Positions 47,782 to 62,387 are shown, counted from the stretch's first letter. The stretch: DNA of 64,000 nt from Trypanosoma brucei (GCA_000002445.1 CP000070.1:448001-512000); one strand, 5' to 3'. Notes: generated by a model from the letters alone, not told the origin. Translations and numbers: made by a program.

Positions 47782-50242
47782 GTTAAATCAAATAGTAAAA
47801 TGAAGGGAATGATGTGTACACACTATCAAGCAACACATATATACAGTTCATGAATATCATAAACTAACAGAACAAATTATAACCTCTCCTTACAGTTAAA
47901 CCCCTTAACAACCCCTTGCATATATTGAATAGTGATGTTCAATCAATTAAATATTCTGTATGAAAGCATGAGTAATAAGATTTTTAGATATGAGAGATAA
48001 CAAACACGAAATCCTAAGTGAAGAATACTACTATTTCATATAATATAATATGTATGCATATAGTATAATATGTCATACTTTTTGAAATAATAAACAATAG
48101 TATTAATAATGAGATAAACAGAATTTACAATAATAGATTATGCATTGCACACGTAATAATGAGGACAACGTATGTCACAAAGGTTCTTAATTATAACATC
48201 GAAAGAACATTAACTCAAAGCATCAGCAAACATGCACATAAAAACTGTTATTCATTATAACATCTGGCTCCATCCCACAACATAGACGACAATGTTTGAG
48301 TGTAAACCGTAACATACAAAACCTAACACAAATATCTTCTGTACTGTCAAATATTGGGATGGTATCTCATCCCATTATTAAACACTTTCAACATTATCTT
48401 GTTGTCTCCTTGTTTGGGAACTCTCATCTTTGACACTAAGGAATATGTGAAGATATTAAGATCATTTATTTTTTTATTTCCTAGTTGCATTTGCAATTGT
48501 TCACATATTCTTTCAGTACACGCAAAAAAATTGAAAGTTTAAGGAAAATTGAATTATGAGAATAAGGAAACAAAGGATAAATTTTCTGTGAACAATAAAA
48601 TATTATATAATATCTCAAATCTTCTGCAGTGATTCACCACATGTGGAAAATATATGCAATAGTTACATAACACTGACAACACTGAATAAAGGAATATATT
48701 CAATATACTCAATATAGTCAATATATTTAATGCAAATATTACATGGAATATAAGAAGTGTAAGGAATCAAAGAAATATAAAAAATAAAATGTAATGGAGA
48801 ATGATGGAAACTTAAGATACATCTATGTGAGCATAGCGTTGTGTGAGTAGAAATCATGTGCATATTTTATCTTAATCTTTCCCTATATTGTACTCACTCA
48901 CTCGTAAAATTTAATCATGGAAATAAAGTTTAGGGAATAGTAAAGTTGTTCTCCCACTCGCATCAAGACACAAATACATGCTTTCTGTCATTGGAAATCA
49001 TGTGTCTTTACTAAATTGTAGTATCCAATAATGAAAAAGAAGTACTCTATTACTATATCACTCATCATTTCCTACATCCCTAAATATATCGCATATTGTC
49101 ACTATACATATTCTTTTTCTTTTTCATATACCATACAACAATCATATATTATTTACTTCCTTTCTTTAAACTGATGTCGTAATGTTCCTTTTGGAAGATA
49201 CAAATAAATAATTGTACAAATATTAACACAAGAGTAATAATAGAAGAAAAGAATTACCTTAAGGAAACTACATGGAACTTCCATTATATAAGATACTACA
49301 CTTCATATAAGGGGGAAATACGTAACAGTGGTTGTATCTTTTATTTGTCCTCAGTGTATCGGCAATCCTTCAGTAGACACTGCTTTGCAACTGATTTCTT
49401 TTATGGATTAAGTTAGTCAGCAGTGTTGAGACAGGTTCCCCCGCATGAGGAGTGAAGGGACAAAACAATATTCCTACCTTCTAACCTATTGAACAAGAAT
49501 GTCTCAAACAATATCATTTGTCCCTATTTATTTCTGCAGATGCAAATGCTATTGATGGGTGAGATACATCTAAACAGCAACGGATATAACTATATTCATA
49601 CAGTGTTTCTTTGATTTCTTCTCGTCACCACAGTTGTGTTGGGTTACAAATATATACACAGCACTCCACTTTGTGGCTATAAGTCTCTTTAATATTTGAA
49701 TGAAATCCTGCTTATCGCTACTACAATATTTCACACTCTGTGAGGGACACTGATATTTGCTTCTTTCGTCCATTTCATATTTTGATAGTTATGTAAATAT
49801 CTTATGTGCAATCCATCTTCTTTCCAAAATAAATAAAAAGAAAGATAAAAGCATAAGCAATTATCGACATAAAAACTGGAATGAGTCTCTCGGTTACACG
49901 TCGCACGCTTCTAACATATAGACACGCTGCATGTAACCTATTTTTGTTGTTTCATGCATGTGTCAGTATGATAAAATGAAAATAGTCTCATGTTTCTCCT
50001 TTTGCTTTTGTATTGCATAAACTACTGGACTCGTCATCTCTTCCACCTATTCATCACACAGGAGTTATTCACTTGCTTTACATGTATCATATAGTAAAAA
50101 TACAAAATATCAAATTATTAAATTAATACTTCACTATAAGCAATAAAGCTTACTTGATTTTGTTTATTTCATTTATATCTGAGTTGAATTACATATTTTA
50201 ATTGAAATTATTCCACTACTCAAAGATACAAACACTTTATTG

Positions 50243-50277
<35 letters not shown>

Positions 50278-51214
50278 ATGGTTTTGAGACACACCACATA
50301 TCAGTTCTTCAACATTACATATGTGTAAATCCATATTTACAAAAGGTACAGCTTTTGAATATCTGCATAATTATTTGAAGTATTATTATCTAATGAAATG
50401 AACAGTAGATGTCACTGAAATGCAAATAGTAATAATCCTCTGAAAGGCATAAATACTGTTTCATACAATACTCTAAAGTACTGCAGCGCTGTGCCATGAA
50501 TACTTCCACAGAATATACAACAACTAATGTGCGATAGTTAGTCATAATGATGCCTTCCATGTGATGAACTCTGCAATACAAATCATACGTTGAACAGAAA
50601 CTAAAACATTAAATACTAAATATAAATGCATGGGGGAGTGATGTAAACTATAAGAGGGGTTATGTACGTCAAGGAAGTTTCATTAGAATACAATAATAGT
50701 TTTGAATTTTATTAAACAACTTAAAGCTTAACCACATGTGTGGAAACAACAATCACTTCACTATAGCATTTGTAGATTAGTGATTGTTACTGAAATAAAT
50801 GAAAAAAACAAATGAAGTAAATACAGCAAGCACTGCATCCCATATTCTGTATTCATCACTGTGTGCTGACGCGTTTGAGTAGCTTTGCCCATTGACAGAA
50901 AAAAAAATAATAAATAAATGAAATCTCTTCTTGCATCTTGTACAAGTGTATTTCAACAAAACAAAGACGTAAAAGAAATTTTATGCTTAATATATTTACT
51001 CATTTATTTGAAGGAAAGGTACAATAGCCAAAAACTATAAAGGTGCATGTGAGTTATACTTCATTGTCAGATAAAGTTAACTTCACAACCCTCCTGAAAC
51101 ACAAAAGGAAAATTAAAAGAATTACAATGAAGAAACAGAAGGAATACAATATGTTTTTTCCAACCTCTAACATGTTATATGTAAAAGTGACGAAATGGTC
51201 TTCACAATAGGATG

Positions 51215-53287
51215 CTACTCATGACCTCGTTTCCGTGTGAATGCTGGTGCATCTCGATATTTTCTCTCTTCATGATACGCTATTATAAGCTCTTTCTGTA
51301 TCTTGTTATCAAATGTTATTTGATACTGGTCAATACCATCCCAAAATACTTGTGTTTCCTCAGTTTGTTGCTCAGCATCAGCGGTGTTGTTGTTCACACA
51401 TCGTTGCCGCGTCTTAATCACACCACCATAAATAGCATTAACATATATCATCTCCCATGCCATGTTACGAGAAAAGGTATCCCAATCGGAAAAATACCTT
51501 GCAATGTTTGTCATAAATTCCTGTAACTCTGAAACACTTGCTTCTTTCCTGTAATTATCTGTTATTTGAATAAGCACAATAGTCTTTGAGGCAACTCCCA
51601 GTTGTCGAAAACCATCCCGCATATCCGCAACCCTTCTAGAGCAATCTTCCACAAAGAAAAAGCCATCCACAAAAAGCTTACTCTCTTCAAATGACCTGTA
51701 GAGCACCTTGTATTTACAGTTTCCAATTGCATTCTGTCCAGTTTTTGGTAAGAACTTTTGTTCAAAAATTTGAAACTGTTGTGGGGTCATATCTTTCAGG
51801 ATGCTACGCTTGTCTTCCGTCTCTCCGAGTCTTCGGAGGTAGTTCAAATGTTTTGTGACCACACAAAAGACTCTAGGAAAGAGAAGTGAAACCAAAGCCC
51901 TTGTTTCAAGCGAGTAGGCTCCGACCTTACCGTATACGCTTTCACTATGTTTCTCAACCATCAGTGTTGCAACAGTTGAAAACAGCGTACAGAGTATCAT
52001 ATTCCCAATGGCAACTGATAGAGGTCTACAGTGGTATGATTCGAGGTTGCCATATCCGCTCCCCTCCCGTACAATCTTCACTAAACTGTGAACCACTTTT
52101 TCACTTTTCCACGTAAAATATTTTTCCAGAATCGTTTCATACTCTTCTTTCTTCTCATTTTCTAGGCTTCTTAGGTAATCACTGATATCCTGCAGCCGGT
52201 TGGTGTAACTTTGCTTGCTGAAAACATAACGAGGCAGCGGCCCCACAACGTCAACACGTCTCTCCACTAACCTCCACTCATCCTCTAGCTCTTCCTTAAC
52301 CTTCGCACGAGCATTTTCATCGAGAGTCGTATAGTTGGGAAATAGGGACAGTTTCTTCCAGGCCACAAACGCCTTAATGTCACGTACGTCATCGCAGTTT
52401 AAAATCACATTCCAACTTAAATAGTCCTTCTCCCAATGTTCATAATAGTGTGTATCCGGAGTGTTGAGTGTAGTTATTCCCCACCCAAGATATTGGGTCT
52501 CATAAGGCGGAGTCTCATCAGGTCCATCAGTATCAAAAATAATATGCCCTCTTTTTTTAAAACGCATTTCTTCAATAACATTAGTGACGTCTTTTCTCTT
52601 GTACAATACAACCCTCCCTTCCTCATTCCCCTTCTTGTTGTATATAAGGTAAGCTTTGGCATCCGTGAAATACACAACGACATCAAGCATTCCTTCATGG
52701 AAGTGAAGTAGGGAATGAAGTAAAAATGATCCAACTCCACATGATTTTCCAGTCCCTGGAATACCAATGACAATGTGTGTTGGTGGTCTCTCTGTCTTTT
52801 GCACCCACCATGCATTTAATTTTTGTTGTATTATATACCACACACGCATCATTTCACGACGGATGTAGACATTATTGTCCATTATACCACTTTCATCATT
52901 GATACCTAATTGAAACGTAGCTGATGGCCAACCCATCTTTGATGTAAGGACAAAGATCTCCAGGCCAGTGGGTCTCTCCTCAAGTTCCGCATCAACTTCA
53001 CAATGTTCAGGAGTTATATCAACTTCTTCTTCCGTCCATATGTGTTGTGGTCTTCCAAAGAATACCTTCATACCGAGTGGCTCTTGATTATAACCTGACA
53101 TCACATAACTCCACTTCGCATAATACAGAGACTCATATAACTCCTCTTCACGAGATTTCCTTTTTCCAGTTACCGATGGATTCTGCATCTGTCGTCCACC
53201 TCGTTCCTGCACTTCACCTTGTGCACGATTAAACCGTTCGTTAAACACATTCTGAGTATTTCTCATATTGCCGTTGTTTTGAATCAT
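51215..53287 (-). CDS. array copy 7: RHS-like P-loop NTPase, 690 aa, core type B, with a 1-codon deletion (QKTERPPTH)
   Basis: Same type-B core as copy 6, with a 3-bp in-frame deletion near 52790. Confidence 0.6.
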   Translation of the reverse strand: MIQNNGNMRNTQNVFNERFNRAQGEVQERGGRQMQNPSVTGKRKSREEELYESLYYAKWSYVMSGYNQEPLGMKVFFGRPQHIWTEEEVDITPEHCEVDAELEERPTGLEIFVLTSKMGWPSATFQLGINDESGIMDNNVYIRREMMRVWYIIQQKLNAWWVQKTERPPTHIVIGIPGTGKSCGVGSFLLHSLLHFHEGMLDVVVYFTDAKAYLIYNKKGNEEGRVVLYKRKDVTNVIEEMRFKKRGHIIFDTDGPDETPPYETQYLGWGITTLNTPDTHYYEHWEKDYLSWNVILNCDDVRDIKAFVAWKKLSLFPNYTTLDENARAKVKEELEDEWRLVERRVDVVGPLPRYVFSKQSYTNRLQDISDYLRSLENEKKEEYETILEKYFTWKSEKVVHSLVKIVREGSGYGNLESYHCRPLSVAIGNMILCTLFSTVATLMVEKHSESVYGKVGAYSLETRALVSLLFPRVFCVVTKHLNYLRRLGETEDKRSILKDMTPQQFQIFEQKFLPKTGQNAIGNCKYKVLYRSFEESKLFVDGFFFVEDCSRRVADMRDGFRQLGVASKTIVLIQITDNYRKEASVSELQEFMTNIARYFSDWDTFSRNMAWEMIYVNAIYGGVIKTRQRCVNNNTADAEQQTEETQVFWDGIDQYQITFDNKIQKELIIAYHEERKYRDAPAFTRKRGHE

Positions 53288-55821
53288 TCCTATCTCAAAA
53301 TAATAACTTTAAATAGGTAATATTGTGTTACTTTCTGAACATATGTGTGTGTGTGTTTGTGTGTGTGTTAAATCAAATAGTAAAATGAAGGGAATGATGT
53401 GTACACACTATCAAGCAACACATATATACAGTTCATGAATATAATAAACTAACAGAACAAATTATAACCTCTCCTTACAGTTAAACCCCTTAACAACCCC
53501 TTGCATATATTGAATAGTGATGTTCAATCAATTAAATATTCTGTATGAAAGCATGAGTAATAAGATTTTTAGATATGAGAGATAACAAACACGAAATCCT
53601 AAGTGAAGAATACTACTATTTCATATAATATAATATGTATGCATATAGTATAATATGTCATACTTTTTAAAATAATAAACAATAGTATTAATAATGAGAT
53701 AAACAGAATTTACAATAATAGATTATACATTGCACACGTAATAATGAGGACAACGTATGTCACAAAGGTTCTTAATTATAACATCGAAAGAACATTAACT
53801 CAAAGCATCAGCATATATGCACATACAAACTGTTATTCATTATAACATCTTGGCTCCATCTCACAGCATAGACGACAATGTTTGAGTGTAAACCGTAACA
53901 TACAAAACCCAACACAAATATCTTCTGTACTGTTAAATATTGGGATGGTATCTCATCTCATTATTAAACACTTTCAACATTATCTTGTTGTCTCCTTGTT
54001 TGGGAACTCTCATCTGTGACACTAAGGAATATGTGAAGATATTAAGATCATTTATTTATTTATTTCCTAGTTGCATTTGCAATTGTTCACGTATTCTTTC
54101 AGTACACGCAAAAAAATTGAAAGTTTAAGGAAAATTGAATTATGAGAATAAGGAAACAAAGGATAAATTTTCTGTGAACAATAAAATATTATATAATATC
54201 TCAAATCTTCTGCAGTGATTCACCACATGTGGAAAATATATGCAATAGTTACATAACACTGACAACACTGAATAAAGGAATATATTCAATATACTCAATA
54301 TACTCAATATATTTAATGCAAATATTACATGGAATATAAGAAGTGTAAGGAATCAAAGGAATATAAAAAATAAAATGTAATGGAGAATGATGGAAACTTA
54401 AGATACATCTATGTGAGCATAGCGTTGTGTGAGTAGAAATCATGTGCATATTTTATCTTAATTTTTCCCTATATTGTACTCACTCACTCGTAAAATTTAA
54501 TCATGGAAATAAAGTTTAGGGAATAGTAAAGTTGTTCTTCCACTCGCATCAAGACACAAATACCTGCTTTCTGTCATTGGAAATCACGTGTCTTTACTAA
54601 ATTGTAGTATCCAATAATGAAGTACTCTATTACTATATCACTCATCATTTCCTACATCCCTAAATATATCGCATATTGCCACTATACATATTCTTTTTCT
54701 TTTTCATATACCATACAACAATCATATATTATTTACTTCCTTTCTTTAAACTGATGTCGTAATGTTCCTTTTGGAAGATACAAATAAATAATTGTACAAA
54801 TATTAACACAAGAGTAATAATAGAAGAAAAGAATTACCTTAAGGAAACTACATGGAACTTCCATTATATAAGATACTGCACTTCATATAAGGGGGAAATA
54901 CGTAACAGTGGTTGTATCTTTTATTTGTCCTCAGTGTATCGGCAATCCTTCAGTAGACACTGCTTTGCAACTGATTTCTTTTATGGATTAAGTTAGTCAG
55001 CAGTGTTGAGACAGGTTCCCCCGCATGAGGAGTGAAGGGACAAAACAATATTCCTACCTTCTAACCTATTGAACAAGAATGTCTCAAACAATATCATTTG
55101 TCCCTATTTATTTCTGCAGATGCAAATGCTATTGATGGGTGAGATACATCTAAACAGCAACGGATATAACTATATTCATACAGTGTTTCTTTGATTTCTT
55201 CTCGTCACCACAGTTGTGTTGGGTTACAAATATATACACAGCACTCCACTTTGTGGCTATAAGTCTCTTTAATATTTGAATGAAATCCTGCTTATCGCTA
55301 CTACAATATTTCACACTCTGTGAGGGACACTGATATTTGCTTCTTTCGTCCATTTCATATTTTGATAGTTATGTAAATATCTTATGTGCAATCCATCTCC
55401 TTTCCAAAATAAATAAAAAGAAAGATAAAAGCATAAGCAATTATCGACATAAAAACTGGAATGAGTCTCTCGGTTACACGTCGCACGCTTCTAACATATA
55501 GACACGCTGCATGTAACCTATTTTTGTTGTTTCATGCATGTGTCAGTATGATAAAATGAAAATAGTCTCATGTTTCTCCTTGTGCTTTTGTATTGCATAA
55601 ACTACTGGACTCGTCATCTCTTCCACCTATTCATCACACAGGAGTTATTCACTTGCTTTACATATAGCATATAGTAAAAATACAAAATATCAAATTATTA
55701 AATTAATACTTCACTATAAGCAATAAAGCTTACTTGATTTTGTTTATTTCATTTATATCTGAGTTGAATTACATATGTTAATGAAATTATTCCACTACTC
55801 AAAGATACAAACACTTTATTG

Positions 55822-55858
<37 letters not shown>

Positions 55859-56808
55859 ATGGTTTTGAGACACACCACATATCAGTTCTTCAACATTACA
55901 TATGTGTAAATCCATATTTACAAAAGGTACAGCTTTTGAATATCTGCATAATTATTTGAAGTATTATTATCTAATGAAGTGAACAGTAGATGTCACTAAA
56001 ATGCAAATAGTAATAATCCTCTGAAAGGCATAAATACTGTTTCATACAATACTCTAAAGTAATGCAGCGCTATGCCATGAATACTTCCACAGAAGATACA
56101 ACAACTAATGTGCGATAGTTAGTCATAATGATGCCTTCCATGTGATGAACTCTGCAATACAAATCATACGTTGAACAGAAACTAAAACATTAAATACTAA
56201 ATATAAATGCATGGGGGAGTGATGTAAACTATAAGAGGGGTTATGTACGTCAAGGAAGTTTCATTAGAATACAATAATAGTTTTGAATTTTATTAAACAA
56301 CTTAAAGCTTAACCACATGTGTGGAAACAACAATCACTTCACTATAGCATTTGTAGATTAGTGATTGTTACTGAAATAAATGAAAAAAAACAAATGAAGT
56401 AAATACAGCAAGCACTGCATCCCATATTCTGTATTCATCACTGTGTGCTGACGCGTTTGAGTAGCTTTGCCCATTGACAGAAAAAAAATAATAAATAAAT
56501 GAAATCTCTTCTTGCATCTTGCACAAGTGTATTTCAACAAAACAAAGACGTAAAAGAAATTTTATGCTTAATATATTTACTCATTTATTTGAAGGAAAGG
56601 TACAATAGCCAAAAAACTATAAAGGTGCATGTGAGTTATACTTCATTGTCAGATAAAGTTAACTTCACAACCCTCCTGAAACACAAAAGGAAAATTAAAA
56701 GAATTACAATGAAGAAACAGAAGAAATACAATATGTTTTTTCCAACCTCTAACATGTTATATGTAAAAGTGACGAAATGGTCTTCACAATAGGATGCTAC
56801 TCATGACC

Positions 56809-58872
56809 TCATTTCCGTGTGAATGCTGGTGCATCTCGATATTTTCTCTCTTCATGATACGCTATTATAAGCTCTTTCTGTATCTTGTTATCAAATGTTA
56901 TTTGATACTGGTCAATACCATCCCAAAATACTTGTGTTTCCTCAGTTTGTTGCTCAGCATCAGCGGTGTTGTTGTTCACACATCGTTGCCGCGTCTTAAT
57001 CACACCACCATAAATAGCATTAACATATATCATCTCCCATGCCATGTTACGAGAAAAGGTATCCCAATCGGAAAAATACCTTGCAATGTTTGTCATAAAT
57101 TCCTGTAACTCTGAAACACTTGCTTCTTTCCTGTAATTATCTGTTATTTGAATAAGCACAATAGTCTTTGAGGCAACTCCCAGTTGTGGAAAACCATCCC
57201 TCATATCCGCAACCCTTCTAGAGCAATCTTCCACAAAGAAAAAGCCATCCACAAAAAGCTTACTCTCCTCCAATGACCTGTAGAGCACCTTGTATTTACA
57301 GTTTCCAATTGCATTCTGTCCAGTTTTTGGTAAGAACTTTTGTTCAAAAATTTGAAACTGTTGTGGGGTCATATCTTTCAGGATGCTACGCTTGTCTTCC
57401 GTCTCTCCGAGTCTTCGGAGGTAGTTCAAATGTTTTGTGACCACACAAAAGACTCTAGGAAAGAGAAGTGAAACCAAAGCCCTTGTTTCAAGCGAGTAGG
57501 CTCCGACCTTACCGTATACGCTTTCACTATGTTTCTCAACCATCAGTGTTGCAACAGTTGAAAACAGCGTACAGAGTATCATATTCCCAATGGGAACTGA
57601 TAGAGGTCTACAGTGGTATGATTCGAGGTCGTCATATCTGCCCCCCTCCCGTACAATCTTCACTAAACTGTGAACCACTTTTTCACTTTTCCACGTAAAA
57701 TATTTTTCCAGAATCGTTTCATACTCTTCTTTCTTCTCATTTTCTAGGCTTCTTAGGTAATCACTGATATCCTGCAGCCGGTTGGTGTAACTTTGCTTGC
57801 TGAAAACATAACGAGGCAGCGGCCCCACAACGTCAACACGTCTCTCCACCAACCTCCACTCATCCTCTAGCTCTTCCTTAACCTTCGCACGAGCATTTTC
57901 ATCGAGAGTCGTATAGTTGGGAAATAGGGACAGTTTCTTCCAGGCCACAAACGCCTTAATGTCACGTACGTCATCGCAGTTTAAAATCACATTCCAACTT
58001 AAATAGTCCTTCTCCCAATGTTCATAATAGTGTGTATCCGGAGTGTTGAGTGTAGTTATTCCCCACCCAAGATATTGGGTCTCATAAGGCGGAGTCTCAT
58101 CAGGTCCATCAGTATCAAAAATAATATGCCCTCTTTTTTTCAAACGCATTTCTTTAATAACATTAGTGACGTCTTTTCTCTTGTACAATACAACCCTCCC
58201 TTCCTCATTCCCCTTCTTGTTGTATATAAGGTAAGCTTTGGCATCCGTGAAATACACAACGACATCAAGCATTCCTTCATGGAAGTGAAGTAGGGAATGA
58301 AGTAAAAATGATCCAACTCCACATGATTTTCCAGTCCCTGGAATACCAATGATAATGTGTGTTGGTGGTGTGCTCTCTGTCTTTTGCACCCACCATTCTT
58401 TTAATTTTTGTTGTATTATATACCACACACGCATCATTTCACGACGGATGTAGACATTATTGTCCATTATACCACTTTCATCATTGATACCTAATTGAAA
58501 CGTAGCTGATGGCCAACCCATCTTTGATGTAAGGACAAAGATCTCCAGGCCAGTGGGTCTCTCCTCAAGTTCCGCATCAACTTCACAATGTTCAGGAGTT
58601 ATATCCACTTCTTCTTCCGTCCATATGTGTTGTGGTCTTCCAAAGAATACCTTCATACCGAGTGGCTCTTGATTATAACCTGACATCACATAACTCCACT
58701 TCGCATAATACAGAGACTCATATAACTCCTCTTCACGAGATTTCCTTTTTCCAGTTACCGATGGATTCTGCATCTGTCGTCCACCTCGTTCCTGCACTTC
58801 ACCTTGTGCACGATTAAACCGTTCGTTAAACACATTCTGAGTATTTCTCATATTGCCGTTGTTTTGAATCAT
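56809..58872 (-). CDS. array copy 8: RHS-like P-loop NTPase, 687 aa, core type B, early-stop C-terminus (ends AFTRK)
   Basis: Type-B core, plus the same CGA to TGA change as copy 3 (tca at 56809-56811). Confidence 0.6.
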   Translation of the reverse strand: MIQNNGNMRNTQNVFNERFNRAQGEVQERGGRQMQNPSVTGKRKSREEELYESLYYAKWSYVMSGYNQEPLGMKVFFGRPQHIWTEEEVDITPEHCEVDAELEERPTGLEIFVLTSKMGWPSATFQLGINDESGIMDNNVYIRREMMRVWYIIQQKLKEWWVQKTESTPPTHIIIGIPGTGKSCGVGSFLLHSLLHFHEGMLDVVVYFTDAKAYLIYNKKGNEEGRVVLYKRKDVTNVIKEMRLKKRGHIIFDTDGPDETPPYETQYLGWGITTLNTPDTHYYEHWEKDYLSWNVILNCDDVRDIKAFVAWKKLSLFPNYTTLDENARAKVKEELEDEWRLVERRVDVVGPLPRYVFSKQSYTNRLQDISDYLRSLENEKKEEYETILEKYFTWKSEKVVHSLVKIVREGGRYDDLESYHCRPLSVPIGNMILCTLFSTVATLMVEKHSESVYGKVGAYSLETRALVSLLFPRVFCVVTKHLNYLRRLGETEDKRSILKDMTPQQFQIFEQKFLPKTGQNAIGNCKYKVLYRSLEESKLFVDGFFFVEDCSRRVADMRDGFPQLGVASKTIVLIQITDNYRKEASVSELQEFMTNIARYFSDWDTFSRNMAWEMIYVNAIYGGVIKTRQRCVNNNTADAEQQTEETQVFWDGIDQYQITFDNKIQKELIIAYHEERKYRDAPAFTRK

Positions 58873-61404
58873 TCCTATCTCAAAATAATAACTTTAAATA
58901 GGTAATATTGTGTTACTTTCTGAACATATATGTGTTTGTGTGTGTTAAATCAAATAGTAAAATGAAGGGAATGATGTGTACACACTATCAAGCAACACAT
59001 ATATACAGTTCATGAATATCATAAACTAACAGAACAAATTATAACCCCTCCTTACAGTTAAACCCCTTAACAACCCCTTGCATATATTGAATAGTGATGT
59101 TCAATCAATTAAATATTCTGTATGAAAGCATGAGTAATAAGATTTTTAGATATGAGAGATAACAAACACGAAATCCTAAGTGAAGAATACTACTATTTCA
59201 TATAATATAATATGTATGCATATAGTATAATATGTCATACTTTTTGAAATAATAAACAATAGTATTAATAATGAGATAAACAGAATTTACAATAATAGAT
59301 TATACATTGCACACGTAATAATGAGGACAACGTATGTCACAAAGGTTCTTAATTATAACATCGAAAGAACATTAACTCAAAGCATCAGCAAACATGCAGA
59401 TACAAACTGTTATTCATTATAACATCTTGGCTCCATTTCACAGCATAGACGACAATGTTTGAGTGTAAACCGTAACATACAAAACCCAACACAAATATCT
59501 TCTGTACTGTCAAATATTGGGATGGTATCTCATCTCATTATTAAACACTTTCAACATTATCTTGTTGTCTCCTTGTTTGGGAACTCTCATCTTTGACACT
59601 AAGGAATATGTGAAGATATTAAGATCATTTATTTTTTTATTTCCTAGTTGCATTTGCAATTGTTCACGTATTCTTTCAGTACACGCAAAAAAATTGAAAG
59701 TTTAAGGAAAATTGAATTATGAGAATAAGGAAACAAAGGATAAATTTTCTGTGAACAATAAAATATTATATAATATCTTAAATCTTCTGCAGTGATTCAC
59801 CACATGTGGAAAATATATGCAATAGTTACATAACACTGACAACACTGAATAAAGGAATATATTCAATATACTCAATATAGTCAATATATTTAATGCAAAT
59901 ATTACATGGAATATAAGAAGTGTAAGGAATCAAAGGAATATAAAAAATAAAATGTAATGGAGAATGATGGAAACTTAAGATACATCTATGTGAGCATAGC
60001 GTTGTGTGAGTAGAAATCATGTGCATATTTTATCTTAATCTTTCCCTATATTGTACTCACTCACTCGTAAAACTTAATCATGGAAATAAAGTTTAGGGAA
60101 TAGTAAAGTTGTTCTTCCACTCGCGTCAAGACACAAATACATGCTTTCTGTCATTGGAAATCATGTGTCTTTATTAAATTGTAGTATCCAATAATGAAAA
60201 AGAAGTACTCTATTACTATATCACTCATCATTTCCTACATCCCTAAATATATCGCATATTGTCACTATACATATTCTTTTTCTTTTTCATATACCATACA
60301 ACAATCATATATTATTTACTTCCTTTCTTTAAACTGATGTCGTAATGTTCCTTTTGGAAGATACAAATAAATAATTGAACAAATATTAACACAAGAGTAA
60401 TGATAGAAGAAAAGAATTACCTTAAGGAAACTACATGGAACTTCCATTATATAAGATACTACACTTCATATAAGGGGGAAATACGTAACAGTGGTTGTAT
60501 CTTTTATTTGTCCTCAGTGTATCGGCAATCCTTCAGTAGACACTGCTTTGCAACTGATTTCTTTTATGGATTAAGTTAGTCAGCAGTGTTGAGACAGGTT
60601 CCCCCGCATGAGGAGTGAAGGGACAAAACAATATTCCTACCTTCTAACCTATTGAACAAGAATGTCTCAAACAATATCATTTGTCCCTATTTATTTCTGC
60701 AGATGCAAATGCTATTGATGGGTGAGATACATCTAAACAGCAACGGATATAACTATACTCATACAGTGTTTCTTTGATTTCTTCTCGTCACCACAGTTGT
60801 GTTGGGTTACAAATATATACACAGCACTCCACTTTGTGGCTATAAGTCTCTTTAATATTTGAATGAAATCCTGCTTATCGCTACTGCAATATTTCACACT
60901 CTGTGAGGGACACTGATATTTGCTTCTTTCGTCCATTTCATATTTTGATAGTTATGTAAATATCTTATGTGCAATCCATCTCCTTTCCAAAATAAATAAA
61001 AAGAAAGATAAAAGCATAAGCAATTATCGACATAAAAACTGGAATGAGTCTCTCGGTTACACGTCGCACGCTTCTAACATATAGACACGCTGCATGTAAC
61101 CTATTTTTGTAGTTTCATGCATGTGTCAGTATGATAAAATGAAAATAGTCTCATGTTTCTCCTTGTGCTTTTGTATTGCATAAACTACTGGACTCGTCAT
61201 CTCTTCCACCTATTCATCACACAGGAGTTATTCACTTGCTTTACATGTAGCATATAGTAAAAATACAAAATATCAAATTATTAAATTAATACTTCACTAT
61301 AAGCAATAAAGCTTACTTGATTTTGTTTATTTCATTTATATCTGAGTTGAATTACATATGTTAATGAAATTATTCCACTACTCAAAGATACAAACACTTT
61401 ATTG

Positions 61405-61437
<33 letters not shown>

Positions 61438-62387
61438 ATGGTTTTGAGACACACCACATATCAGTTCTTCAACATTACATATGTGTAAATCCATATTTAC
61501 AAAAGGTACAGCTTTTGAATATCTGCATAATTATTTGAAGTATTATTATCTAATGAAGTGAACAGTAGATGTCACTGAAATGCAAATAGTAATAATCCTC
61601 TGAAAGGCATAAATACTGTTTCATACAATACTCTAAAGTACTGCAGCGCTGTGCCATGAATACTTCCACAGAATATACAACAACTAATGTGCGATAGTTA
61701 GTCATAATGATGCCTTCCATGTGATGAACTCTGCAATACAAATCATACGTTGAACAGAAACTAAAACATTAAATACTAAATATAAATGCATGGGGGAGTG
61801 ATGTAAACTATAAGAGGGGTTATGTACGTCAAGGAAGTTTCATTAGAATACAATAATAGTTTTGAATTTTATTAGACAACTTAAAGCTTAACCACATGTG
61901 TGGAAACAACAATCACTTCACTATAGCATTTGTAGATTAGTGATTGTTACTGAAATAAATGAAAAAAAACAAATGAAGTAAATACGGCAAGCACTGCATC
62001 CCATATTCTGTATTCATCACTGTGTGCTGACGCGTTTGAGTAGCTTTGCCCATTGACAGAAAAAAAAATAATAAATAAATGAAATCTCTTCTTGCATCTT
62101 GTACAAGTGTATTTCAACAAAACAAAGACGTAAAAGAAATTTTATGCTTAATATATTTACTCATTTATTTGAAGGAAAGGTACAATAGCCAAAAACTATA
62201 AAGGTGCATGTGAGTTATACTTCATTGTCAGATAAAGTTAACTTCACAACCCTCCTGAAACACAAAAGGAAAATTAAAAGAATTACAATGAAGAAACAGA
62301 AGGAATACAATATGTTTTTTCCAACCTCTAACATGTTATATGTAAAAGTGACGAAATGGTCTTCACAATATGATGCTACTCATGACC

